Positions 29,252 to 41,149 of a stretch of 64,000 nt of DNA are shown here, piece by piece (positions within the stretch are counted from its first letter, which is position 1; the number at the start of each line of letters is the position of its first letter). The stretch is from the human T2T-CHM13v2.0 reference genome, Homo sapiens. The notes under the pieces were generated by a model. It made no database searches. It had not been told where the DNA came from and worked only from the letters and a program-made list of their open reading frames with translations. The translations under genes were made by a program, and so were the position numbers. Location of the stretch: NCBI RefSeq assembly GCF_009914755.1, contig NC_060925.1, one strand, 5' to 3'.

Positions 29252-30739
29252 GTGAGTCTTTTTTCGCATGTACATTGAGTTCCCAAAGATGATCCTCAGC
29301 ACAGAACTATGTTAATGGAATGCCTTAAATTCTGTCCCACACTTTGGTTTCTGTACACTATAAGAGGAATTCTGGCTAATTCAGAATCTCTGGTCTATGA
29401 TTCCTTGAGCTGCTTTAAAAATGTGAAGTGAATTGAATTGCTCACAATCAATATAGCTGAGCACTGCACACAATTCAAAATCACTTCCACTTGACTTTGG
29501 AAAGAGACACACATATACAACCCTGGACCTTTGCCCCCTGAGAAGTGGCTCCAGGCCTGTCCCCTTCCACAGACATCCTGGTCCTGGCACACACGCCAGT
29601 GGCTGTAACTCCTGGGAAGAGAAGGCGAAATGAAGGCAGAGACAGATGTTTCTGAGAAACGTCCTTTCCTCTTTTAAATGCCCTAAAGAGATTACATTGA
29701 AGCTTTATTTACAATATGTTTTATAGGATGTAAGCTTTTAAAACATGGATAATCAATTCCCCACATTAGAATGGTTTTTCTTGAAGTCACTGAGAAGCTT
29801 AAGGGAAGACTTCAGCCATCATTCAAAGGATGTTCAGCTTCACCCACAGAGGCAGTCATGAGGTACCCTTGATCACAAAGGAAAATCCTTTGTATGGGAG
29901 CTAGGGCAAGAAGATGATAGGTTGAACACTGATCTCATGAAATTTCAGGGCATAGTTGTGCAAGCTCTGTACAGATAGATTTTACAGTGTGCTTCACTAG
30001 TCTAAGATTCATTGAAATTTTAGATTTAGATTTACAATGAGATTCATTGAATTTTTAGAGGTGGAAGGAAGCTTAGAATATATCTAGTCCAGCCATTTCA
30101 TTTTTTGGAAGAGAAACAAAATACCAGATGGATTAGGTGAATATGCCCAAGACCACTGGTATGCCATTGGGGCTAGAAGGAACACAGGCTCTTGATGCCT
30201 TGTCACCTACAGGGCTTTCCAGTACTGGACTGGTGCCTCATGAAGGAGGGAAACTCCTGTCTCTCTGTAGTGAGCATGGAATAAGAAATAGATGAAAAGC
30301 AGGATACCTCTGCAAAGACTATAGGTAGATCTCATCCTTAGAAACTCAGAATAAAGAAGAAGGCAGCACTGGCCATCTATTAAGTGAAGCAAGTTCCAGT
30401 TTCTCCGGATGTGGCTACTGCACATGACCCAGTCGCCTGTCTACTATCCTAGACTGTTAAGTTCTTATATGAGCCACTGTTGGGATGCTCTGGCCCCTGC
30501 TTCTGTGTCCTAATCCTTAAATGTTAGAAAGTCCATATGTACACAAGCAGAGTGGAAATATTTGATAGAAAAGTAAAGCCTCTGGAGGACGTCTGAAATA
30601 AGATCATTTTGAAAATCTGTGGAATGTGCCTGGTCTGATAGGTATCTAATTATTCATCTTTCACCCACTCTCTGGAGTCAATTTAGTGATTAAAAGTCAA
30701 ATGATCAGGTGAGTCAGATCCATCTACCCCAGTAAGCAA

Positions 30740-31470
30740 TTATGTTCTCTAGATCAACCCAAATAAACCAGAAATTGGTAAATCATCACATGGAAATCAA
30801 ATCAGTAACTTTACTAATAAGAAAAGAGATGCAAATTAAAAATAGGGAATACCAATTTTCATCAAATTAATAAAGATTAAAAAAAAACCCAGACTGACAA
30901 AGATTTGAGAGAAAAGTGCCTGTGCAAACATTAGTTTCAGCCAGTATACATGTAAATTGCTATAACTTTTTTTGAAGAGCGCTTTAGAAATACATAGCAA
31001 AAGCTTGTAACTAGTAGTTTACGTTGTAATCCTATCGCTAAGAATTTATCTTAAGAAAATAATCAGAGATGTGCCCGAAGATTTATATATAAGGATGTTC
31101 ATTACTTCCTTATGAGCCTATTTATAATAAATAATTCAGAAGAAACTTGAATGCCTCATACGAGATTAGTTATATACATTATGGTGTATTCAGACAAGCA
31201 CATAATAAGCAGCAACTAAAAGTGATGTATCAGAAGGACATTTAATGCTTTGGGGATTGTGCACTCTGTATTGTTAGATAAAAAGACAAGTTACAAAAGG
31301 GTATGTTTAGTTTCATACTGACTATGTAACCATGTATGCACATTTTTATATTCTTAGGAACTGGAAAGTTTTACACACTGACATACTAACAGTGATTTTC
31401 TCTGGGAGATACTATTATAGATTATTTATACTTTCTAATTTGCTCCTTTTTACATTTTCCATTTTTTTCC
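30740..31470 (+). mobile_element. Old L1ME 3' fragment in intron 2
   Basis: GAGATGCAAATTAAAA, GGATGTTCATT, ACATTATGGTGTATTC, TAACAGTGATTTTCTCTGGG blocks. Confidence 0.55.
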
Positions 31471-32989
31471 GGTTAACTAATTAAATCTTTTATTCATTCA
31501 CATGTGTGAGGCTAGATGTTGGGTGTTGGATGCTGATTGAGGATGAGCCAGCCCAGGGGGCCTGTCCTTATGGAGCTTTTAGCAGGGGGAAGAAGCTAAA
31601 CAAAAGCAAGCAAACAGACCATGCAATTCCAAAGTTGTACTAAGTACAACCTGAGAATCTTCTTTAAGGAGGTGTTGTTTACGCTAACACCTTGGGGGTC
31701 AGAAGCCCGATGAGTGAACGGCTGTGTGCATGTGCTGTGGAGTGGGGTGGGGCTGGGGGCGGGCATTTCAGCGCTGGGAACGGCACATGCAAAAACCCTG
31801 GGGCAGGAAGCACTCATAACCAGTGTCTAGGATATCCTTGCAATTTATTTATTCCAGTATAGGTACAGCAGATATTCTTAGTGAGCATGTTCTGTAAGAA
31901 TAACGTTGTACTAGGCTCTGTGAGGGATATAAAGACATGCAACATGTGGTTCTCTGTTCCGTTTCCTGCCGGTGCGTGGCTGAGTGCCAGATTAGTTGCT
32001 CGGGTGGTTTGCGGTGTAGGAATGCAGAGGAGACTCAGTTTTGCCTTTCCTGTTCGCTAACACCTCCTACATGGTGGGTTGTCTTGGATGACTAGAGAGG
32101 TCATGATTGCTCAGCTAATGTTCTCTGTGGATTGGGCCATTCTCATACCATATGTGAGTTTTACAGGCTAATCACGAACCTGACATAGACAAGCATCTCC
32201 TGTGAATATTTATTGAAGTCTCAGTTAGCTGAATTCATTAGCTAAGTGGCAGCTGTCTATCTTGTCTGAAACAGTTGAAGTCAGAGAAATAGTGTCTGTT
32301 TTGAGAACTATTGTCTATCCTTCCATTTAATTTGTCCAACATTTGCTAGTAACATGCCCTGTGTTAGAAACTGGGCTTCTCTGGTGAACTCAACGTATCG
32401 TAAGGAACTTGTCGTTATTTGAGGGGAATAAGATAATTTATGTAGTTACCCCAGAGACAAGAGGAGTCAGAAATGACAAGAGAGGGGAAGACAGAGGGAT
32501 CCTAGATTTCAAAAGAGGGGCAGATCATATTTGATCAAAAAAGGCTTGAGAGGGTTTCCCAAAGAAAGCGGTACTAGGTAGTCCTTATGGGATGTTTAGG
32601 AATTTGACACAGAAATCTGCTTGAAAGAACATTACGGGCAGAAGACATGGCATGAACAAAGGCACAGAGGAAGGAAAGTGGGGGTATGTGTAGGCCACAG
32701 AACTCCCGTTGTGTGGCAATGCTCAGTGGGAGTAAGGAGATAAGGCTGGACAGATGGGCTGGGATTGTGTGATGGGGATACTTGTATACGACGGCATCTT
32801 CGGGGAGGAGCAATTAAAGGTGTTTGAGGACTCAGTGATATGAGGTGATTGTCAGAGGTCTTAAGATAATTAATTTGGGGCAGATTGTAAAATGTCACTG
32901 GGGGAAGATCTGGTGACACGCAGACAGATCAGTAGTCTTCTTCAGCCTCTGTCCTGTAAGTCTTTGGAACAAGAGAATCAGAGTGGACA

Positions 32990-33180
32990 GAGCCCTGGAA
33001 TTGGCGTCAGGAGAGCAGGGTGTGGTCCCATCTGTGATGCTGACTAGCTGGGTCTTCTTGGATTAGTCACCCAACTTCTAAGCTCATTTTGCAATCGATA
33101 AGGTGGGACAATAATACCTACCTCAAAGGGTTGTGGTGAGTTCTAAATGCAATAACTGACATGACAGCTCTTTATGAATA
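32990..33180 (+). mobile_element. MIR in intron 2
   Basis: ACTAGCTGGGTCTTCTTGGATTAGTCAC...ATAATACCTACCTCAAAGGGTTGTGGTGAG core. Confidence 0.65.
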
Positions 33181-33444
33181 AATGTTTATATTAATTATGT
33201 TTTATTGTAACATTATAATTTATACATATGTCAATCTTAATTTGGTTTATTTTTTTACCTCTTTGTTTCTGAAATATAGACTACTATGAATCCTGCAGTT
33301 CAGACCTACATGATTAGTATATGTTAGACTGTTGCCATTTACGGTTTTAAAATCTTTTTTTTAAAATGATTGGATTTAAATTCCCACCAAAATAATAGTT
33401 GCTATTTCATTTTAACATATATTTTTCCTCTCTCTATGATACAG

Positions 33445-33501
33445 GCCACCCCAGTCCACCCCCTGAAAAAAAGGAGCTGAGGAAAGTGGCCCATTTAACA
33501 G
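33445..33501 (+). CDS. FASLG: Fas ligand exon 3 (GHPSPPPEKKELRKVAHLT)
   Basis: ACAG acceptor at 33441-33444; 57 nt; donor CAG|GTCTGT; peptide also visible in ORF 33399..33662. Confidence 0.98.
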
Positions 33502-34732
33502 GTCTGTATCTGGAAGGTACAGGTGAGATTTGGGAAAGCTTTTGGCAAAAGGCAAAATGGCTGCCTGGTTTCCATTACCAGGCTCTAGAGAGTTGTTACT
33601 TCCTGGAGACAGTATTTGAACCCAATAATACTAACACTTTTCTTGTCGAGTCAGTCTTATGAACACACTTTGATCCCCTATTCTCTGGGCAAGGCCCTCT
33701 TCTAAATTGGAGACCTGGAGCTGATTATGACATGACCCCTGCCCATAAGAAGCTCATTCTTTTCAGTCATTCCAAAGTCCCTTGGGGGATTGGGGGCACA
33801 GATCCAAGAGGTGAGAGATGAGAAGGTGAGGAATGAGGACTTATTTTAGTCAGTGCTTTCTTGGTTTTCTGGAAGAGCTTCACTCTGCTTTGTCCAAGAG
33901 TATAAATAGGAGTGAGAAGGGAGACTCAATCCTGGCACTTGTAGAGTTTCAATATGTGCCTGTAAAGTGGAGTGAAATGATATGGTATGGGCACTCCCAT
34001 TATAAACTACATAAATAATGGAATAAATATCACAGAAAGTGGTAGGCTATTGTCCCTGGAATTATTTAGGCAGAAATTATAGAATGATCCGGTCACATCA
34101 GCAGACACTTACTGAATACCTGCTGTGTGCCAATTTGGGGATGTGAAGATGAGTAGCACATGGCTCTTGCCCCCAGGGAGCTTGACATCTAATAGGGAAA
34201 GACAGGCACTTATGATAATTTCAGTACTTCAGAGATTTAGGTTATGTTCATGATGTTGTGGGGATACAAAGAAAAGGGAACTGTACCCCAAATTGAGGGG
34301 CTGAATAATTCTTACTGCAGGTGAGAAGATGGACCAGATGGTCCCTAAGATCCTTCCCAACTTTAGAACTTTAGAGTTCCTTGGATTTGGCTTTTTCCTT
34401 CAGGAAAGGACTTCAAAGCCTAGCAGATTTGGTGCTAGTTCTGAAGATAGTAAAATCTTTGTTCCAGAGAGCAAATATTTTCTCAATAATTTCTTACTGC
34501 AATGGATTACGGGTATATACTATTGTTCCAATTGTGTGGATGACAAAATAGGACAACGTTGTTGAGGAAATTCTGTGATGGATCAAGTTCTGACCCCTCA
34601 GCCAGTTCTATACCAGCTGTCATTCTGGGTGAAACATTTGTTGAAGGAAGGGCCCACAGTTTTGCCTTAGAAACTTAGTTTGTTGGATGCATGACTATTC
34701 CTTGCTGAAAGCTCCTTTTGGATTTATTTCAG

Positions 34733-35127
34733 GCAAGTCCAACTCAAGGTCCATGCCTCTGGAATGGGAAGACACCTATGGAATTGTCCTGCTTTCTGGA
34801 GTGAAGTATAAGAAGGGTGGCCTTGTGATCAATGAAACTGGGCTGTACTTTGTATATTCCAAAGTATACTTCCGGGGTCAATCTTGCAACAACCTGCCCC
34901 TGAGCCACAAGGTCTACATGAGGAACTCTAAGTATCCCCAGGATCTGGTGATGATGGAGGGGAAGATGATGAGCTACTGCACTACTGGGCAGATGTGGGC
35001 CCGCAGCAGCTACCTGGGGGCAGTGTTCAATCTTACCAGTGCTGATCATTTATATGTCAACGTATCTGAGCTCTCTCTGGTCAATTTTGAGGAATCTCAG
35101 ACGTTTTTCGGCTTATATAAGCTCTAA
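34733..35127 (+). CDS. FASLG: Fas ligand exon 4 coding part (TNF homology domain)
   Basis: TTTCAG acceptor; [17 protein letters not shown]...[11 protein letters not shown]...[13 protein letters not shown]; NET/NLT/NVS sequons and two Cys; exon sum 348+46+57+395=846 nt. Confidence 0.99.
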
Positions 35128-35563
35128 GAGAAGCACTTTGGGATTCTTTCCATTATGATTCTTTGTTACAGGCACCGAGAATGTTGTATTCAGTGAGGGT
35201 CTTCTTACATGCATTTGAGGTCAAGTAAGAAGACATGAACCAAGTGGACCTTGAGACCACAGGGTTCAAAATGTCTGTAGCTCCTCAACTCACCTAATGT
35301 TTATGAGCCAGACAAATGGAGGAATATGACGGAAGAACATAGAACTCTGGGCTGCCATGTGAAGAGGGAGAAGCATGAAAAAGCAGCTACCAGGTGTTCT
35401 ACACTCATCTTAGTGCCTGAGAGTATTTAGGCAGATTGAAAAGGACACCTTTTAACTCACCTCTCAAGGTGGGCCTTGCTACCTCAAGGGGGACTGTCTT
35501 TCAGATACATGGTTGTGACCTGAGGATTTAAGGGATGGAAAAGGAAGACTAGAGGCTTGCATA

Positions 35564-35571
35564 ATAAGCTA
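35564..35571 (+). promoter_or_regulatory. miR-21-5p 8mer seed site ATAAGCTA
   Basis: Exact complement of the miR-21 seed (AGCUUAU) plus A1; FASLG is an established miR-21 target. Confidence 0.8.
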
Positions 35572-35725
35572 AAGAGGCTGAAAGAGGCCAATGCCCCACT
35601 GGCAGCATCTTCACTTCTAAATGCATATCCTGAGCCATCGGTGAAACTAACAGATAAGCAAGAGAGATGTTTTGGGGACTCATTTCATTCCTAACACAGC
35701 ATGTGTATTTCCAGTGCAATTGTAG

Positions 35726-35727
<2 letters not shown>

Positions 35728-35759
<32 letters not shown>
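35728..35759 (+). repeat. (GT)16 microsatellite in the 3'UTR
   Basis: Direct reading. Confidence 0.97.
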
Positions 35760-35762
<3 letters not shown>

Positions 35763-35957
35763 ACTAAAGAGAGAATGTAGATATTGTGAAGTACATATTA
35801 GGAAAATATGGGTTGCATTTGGTCAAGATTTTGAATGCTTCCTGACAATCAACTCTAATAGTGCTTAAAAATCATTGATTGTCAGCTACTAATGATGTTT
35901 TCCTATAATATAATAAATATTTATGTAGATGTGCATTTTTGTGAAATGAAAACATGT

Positions 35958-35963
35958 AATAAA
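35958..35963 (+). terminator. FASLG: Polyadenylation signal AATAAA (a second AATAAA lies at 35912-35917)
   Basis: Canonical hexamer followed by T-rich downstream sequence. Confidence 0.8.
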
Positions 35964-37233
35964 AAGTATATGTTAGGATACAAATAATTTTTAGAATTTA
36001 CTAATATTTGAATTTTTTGCTTATTATTTCTTTCCTCCTTGATTTCTTCATTCATTATGATATCAGACCACTTTTAAGAATAATTTACTGGAGTGAGAAG
36101 AACTATGAATCAAATCTTTCTGCCTTTGCTAGGCCTTCCTTCTCTCTATATATTCTCTTTCCTCTTCACCTCCCAGAGTTTCCATTACCAATATTATGAC
36201 CAATGTTAAGCTTAGCCAACTTTCCATAGATTTGATGAGAAATTATATTTTCCTGAAGGCAGAACCATGGCACAGTGGAAAGGGCACATATTTTGGACTA
36301 AAAAACTTAGATTTGAATCTTTGTTCTTCCACGTACTGCCTATGTAAGCACTGGTTAGGTCACTTGACCTTCCTTGAACAAAAAAAGAGCTGAAAGTATC
36401 AGACACATAGAACATCAAAAAATAGTGTCTGCCACTACTAAGCCACTCTATTAGAGCCACTTCATTCTCCAGAGGCCACTGATCTGTGGGATCCATCTAA
36501 GCACCTGGTTTCTTGTATTCTCATGCTTGTCATTCACAACGGCCTTTTCCTATTTTCTTCAACCACTCACTATCATGGGCTCTCCCTAGACTTTGTTATC
36601 ATTAAAAATTATAGTAACTCCTTTGGAATTTGATTTTAGGTGTCTTATTTTCACAACATCATCTTCTATTATTCCAGCGGAATTGGTCCAACATTTTCTT
36701 TTCTAAAATATTTTTGAAAATATTGAGACTTCTAATTAATAAACTTTATTATTTTCTTATATACACATCAGCTCCTTCCACGTCTTCACTTCTCTCTATG
36801 TCCAGCATAAATGTCATCATCTGTCATGACAACCAGCACCTTGGAAAGACTCTCAACTCCAAAATACTCTCTTCCTCCAATGTATTCCCCTTGCAAAAAT
36901 CCTATTTTCTTTAAGCTGTCATCCCAGAAGCTGGATGTTGCTGGACAAAAATTACACAAACAGGCTGCCTAGTTTTAGTTTATTTTTATCTAACATGAAT
37001 TTAAATCAATCAATGATTGATCTGTCACTGACTTAGTTTTATTTTTTGATTGATTTGAATAGGTAGTACATGTACATGGTACAAATTTTAAAAGATACAT
37101 AAGGATATATGACAAAAATAAGTCCTCGTTCCACCCTGTCTAGTGGCTCAATTTTTGCCCGCAGAGAGGATCACTGTTTCCTAACATTGTCTTGCAGAGA
37201 TGATATATATATAAATATGAAATCACTTTACTT

Positions 37234-37461
37234 TGGAGTTTCTCAACCATGGATCTGTGACATTCTGAGCTGAAAAATTGCTTGCTATAAGGTCGTCCTG
37301 TACACTGTAGGATGTTTAGCAGCACCCTTTCTCTCTACCAACTAGATGCCAGGAGCATCCCCCCCCCGCAAAACATGTGACAACCAAAAAATATCTCCAG
37401 ACATTGCGAAATGTCCCCATGGTGGGGAGGGGGCCAAAGTTGCCTCTGGTTGAGAACCTCT
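37234..37461 (+). mobile_element. MER20 DNA transposon
   Basis: TIRs TTTCTCAACC ... GGTTGAGAAC; ACAACCAAAAAATATCTCCAGACATTGC. Confidence 0.8.
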
Positions 37462-37920
37462 ACCTTACACTGATGAACTCAGTGGTCATTCAACATTGTC
37501 TAGCACTTTTCTTCAGTTCAATCTTAAGCATTTTTCTTTACTTATAGAGTCAATAACATTATATTTTTTCCTCTTGCAAACCAACCACATGCCTTCCTCC
37601 CACTATGCAACTCTCTTCTACACAAAAACACAATTCCACCTGCATCTGCATGATCTCTTCCTTCCACCTGGTCTCAGTGGAGAAATAGGACAATTTTCAC
37701 TTGTCTGCTAGACTCACCTTTCCTCTTCCCTTCCTTGTCCCTTTTTAACATTTTCTTCTCTCCTCTAAATCCTCAAATTATCCCTGTATATGAAATCATT
37801 TCCAACAGTATGTACCTTTGTTCAAGTATGTATATATCTTTTCCAACACTATGTACATTTGTTCAAGTATGTACATATCTTTATATGTATATATGCACAT
37901 ATCTTTAAGAATAATTTATT

Positions 37921-38213
37921 GCTGGGCACAGTGGCTCATGCCTGTAATCCCAGCACTTTGGGAGGCCAAGGCCGGTGGATCACGAGGTCGGGAGATTGAG
38001 ACCATCCTGGCTAACATGGTGAGACCCCGTCTCTACTAAAAAAAAATACAAAAAATTAGCTAGGCGTGGTGGTGGGCGCCTGTAGTCCCAGCTACTTGGG
38101 AGGCTGAGGCAGGAGAATGGCGTGAACCCAGGAGGCGGAGCTTGTGGTGATCTGAGATCAGGGGCCACTGCACTCCAGCCTGTGGCAACAGAGTGAGACT
38201 CTGTCTAAAAAAA
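37921..38213 (+). mobile_element. AluY-like element with 15-bp TSD AAGAATAATTTATTG
   Basis: CCTGGCTAAC, GAATGGCGTGAACC and GGAGCTTG diagnostics; TSD at 37907-37921 and 38214-38228. Confidence 0.93.
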
Positions 38214-41149
38214 AAGAATAATTTATTGGGGTGGGAAGAACTATGAAGCAAATCTTTCCAGGCCTTCCTTCTCTCTATACATTGTCTTTGCTCTCCACCT
38301 CCCAGAGTTTCCATTACCAATATTATGACCAGTGTTACACTCATCCAAATTTCTATAGATGTCATGGTTACTTGTTTTTGCCTGGGGGCAGAGAAGTGGC
38401 ATAGTGGAAAGGACATAGACTTTGGACTAAAAACTTAGATTAAAACCTTCATTCTTCCACTTACGAACTATGCAATCTCTGGGCAGATCCCCTTTCATTA
38501 ATGGACAACCCAGACCAAACCACCTGCATCTTCCAGACCAAACAAGGTGAAAACTTTTTGTTTTACCCCTCACTATCCCCAGCTCTGACTGCGTTTCTCG
38601 TTTCCCAGGAGAGACAAACATCTGGACAGACTGTCTCCATGCACATGGGCTCCATTTCCATCACCAGAATTTCTCTGGTTCAGGTTTCTCATGTGACATT
38701 CAAGTGTCATCTCCTCAGGTATCCTAAATAGAGTCCCCTCCTTTTGTCATTATTTTATGGTTATTTTTTTCTTTCTTAGTACTTACCAAAACTTGTGATT
38801 ATATATATTTTGACCACTTTAAAAATATTTGTTTTTTTCCACTGGAATAAAATTTCCAAAAGCAAGGTTTTTTGGGTTTTTTTCAACCTTGTTTACCACT
38901 CCATCCACACAAACTCACCTAGTGCTTGACACACATTAGAAACTCAATATATATTTGTTGACCTTAGTTATAAGGCAGGTGTCTCTTGGCTTATATATGT
39001 GCATATGTTTTTAGGAGTACTCTGAATCTATATTAGTGACACATCTTGAATGTGTGTGAGTGGTTATCCAGCATTGAGTAAATTATCCAGTGGTATTTTG
39101 AGGTTACAGATTGAAAAAAACTAATGCATTCTAATTCATGGCATTGGAAAACAACAAGGATATATTTGGTCCTTGGCATTACCAGGAGTTAGGGCAGAGA
39201 CAAGGAAAACTGCTGGGTCACCAGAGGTAAAACTGTCATTTAGAGTATATTCAAATACTTGTCTAATAAATTAATGAACAAAACCAAAGTTTCACTTTGG
39301 AATGTGTCATCTGCTCTCCCTAAAACTTTTGTATTTATTCATCTGCTCTGGAGGGTCAGGTTCCTGAGCTGGTGCTTCCTGGAGAAAGTCTGATAGGTAC
39401 ATTTACCTTTCCTTTGGCTGGATGCTGGTCTGTATTCTAGCCCTCAGGGTGAAATCCTCCTCATCCTGTCTTTCCTCTTTTGGCTTCAACCATCAAGTAT
39501 GCCAGTTCCAAAGGGTCATAGGAAGTTTGCTAGACCATGATTCTTTTGCTAGTGGACCCTTCTAGATAATGGTACCACAGCACAGAGGAAGTGGGAAAGG
39601 GGCTGGGCATTCTGAGCTGACATGATGCCATCGGCTGGTAGTGATACTACTGGCACTTTCATCTTCCTAAGTCTGAGCTGTACTAGGACGCCTCTGGGAC
39701 TTTCTGAAGGTAGGATTGTAGCTCGCTATGCTTCACTGATTCCAGAGAAGAGATATTGACTGTCCGTTTGGAACTTTGATTTTTTTTTAACCTCAGTTGG
39801 AACATAAGAAATGTAAAAAATTAAAAACTTTTAAATATGTTTATTGAAAATTGGATTGGCATTGTTCCTCTATGAAATGCTAAATCCAAAGTAGAACACT
39901 CCAGACAAACACATACGTAAAGGGTGCTTCTAGTTCAGTAGTTTGAGGTTTTCTTTTTTTTTTTTCTTTTCAAGCAACCAAAAACACATGAAACTCACCT
40001 CTTTTCTCAGTCCCCCAAAGTGGTGACTTTGTCGTCTCTGAAGTAGGTTTTGACTTACCACAGCTTAACAGGAAAAGAGCTCTATTGTGGGGGCATCATT
40101 GTGAGTGTGACTTACGTGAAACAGTTGCTCATAGAAAGAGAAGAATTGGTGAGAGAAGCTGCCTGCCTCTCCCAAAGCCATGGTATAAATTTCCTCAGCG
40201 GGTTAAGCCCTAGACTTTCCCTGGTCCTTATCTAAGGAAGTGTGAAGGCCACATGTTGAATGAGTTACATTTTTCTAAGGGGTCTGGGTAAGTTCTTGTG
40301 TTTGTAGAGATAAATTTTTGCATTCTGATTTTTTTTTCTTTCCCAAGGTTTTGGATTATCCAAAGACAGAATGAGGTGATTCTTAAAAAAGGAGATTAGA
40401 ACCCCATTCTTTGTGGAGGAGGGTTCAGAAATAAATCCTATTTAGAAATAATATAGTCATTGACAGTACCAGGGACCTTTGGGATTCACTGGGAAGCCAA
40501 CCTGCCTTGGCAATGTAGATAGCTAAGTGGGTATTCTGTCCTTACAGGTTCACCCAGAAGATAGGAAAGATTCACCCCAGTGATGACTTTTCACTTTTAC
40601 CAAAGCTTCCCCTTTACTGGGAAACATTTTTCCAGAGTTCTGACTGGTACATCTTCAGAAAAAGGGCAATGCAGATATTCCTCCTCCCCTACTTGGAGGT
40701 TCCTTCAGCCCTAAGGGATCACTCTTTTCTTCTAATTCTCCATAGAATGACATAAGCCTCATTTCACATTCTGGGGAAAGTTTAGTCTTCAGGTTTTTTG
40801 AGGATGTCAGGGTAGACCCTTATTCCCTTGGGCAATCCACATTATTGCAGGTTTCCTGGCTTTCACTGGTTTCTGCAGTGGATATGCTGTCTGCATTCCT
40901 GACACTCCCACTGTGGAATGCCTTTATTGCCTTCCAGGCATTACTACCACAAGTTGCTGTGCATAAAGTTAACTGAAGGTTTGAGGCAATGGAGACACAT
41001 TACCTTATGACACACACAGAATAAACTACACCTAAAAATGAGTGTTAGACATCATCACCATTCCCCAAATTTGCTACAAATATCTCCTTAAGCATACCAT
41101 TAAAAATTCTAGTATTTGAAATAGCATAATTCATTCATTCATTTACTCA

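Larger units (their letters stand above)
35128..35985 (+). other. FASLG: FASLG 3'UTR (approximate end)
   Basis: Runs from the stop codon to just past the AATAAA hexamers at 35912 and 35958; contains ATTTA motifs and a GT repeat. Confidence 0.85.

Noticed and set aside
34744-35049. 101-aa antisense ORF over exon 4
   Set aside because: Shadow ORF of a coding exon, with no independent evidence
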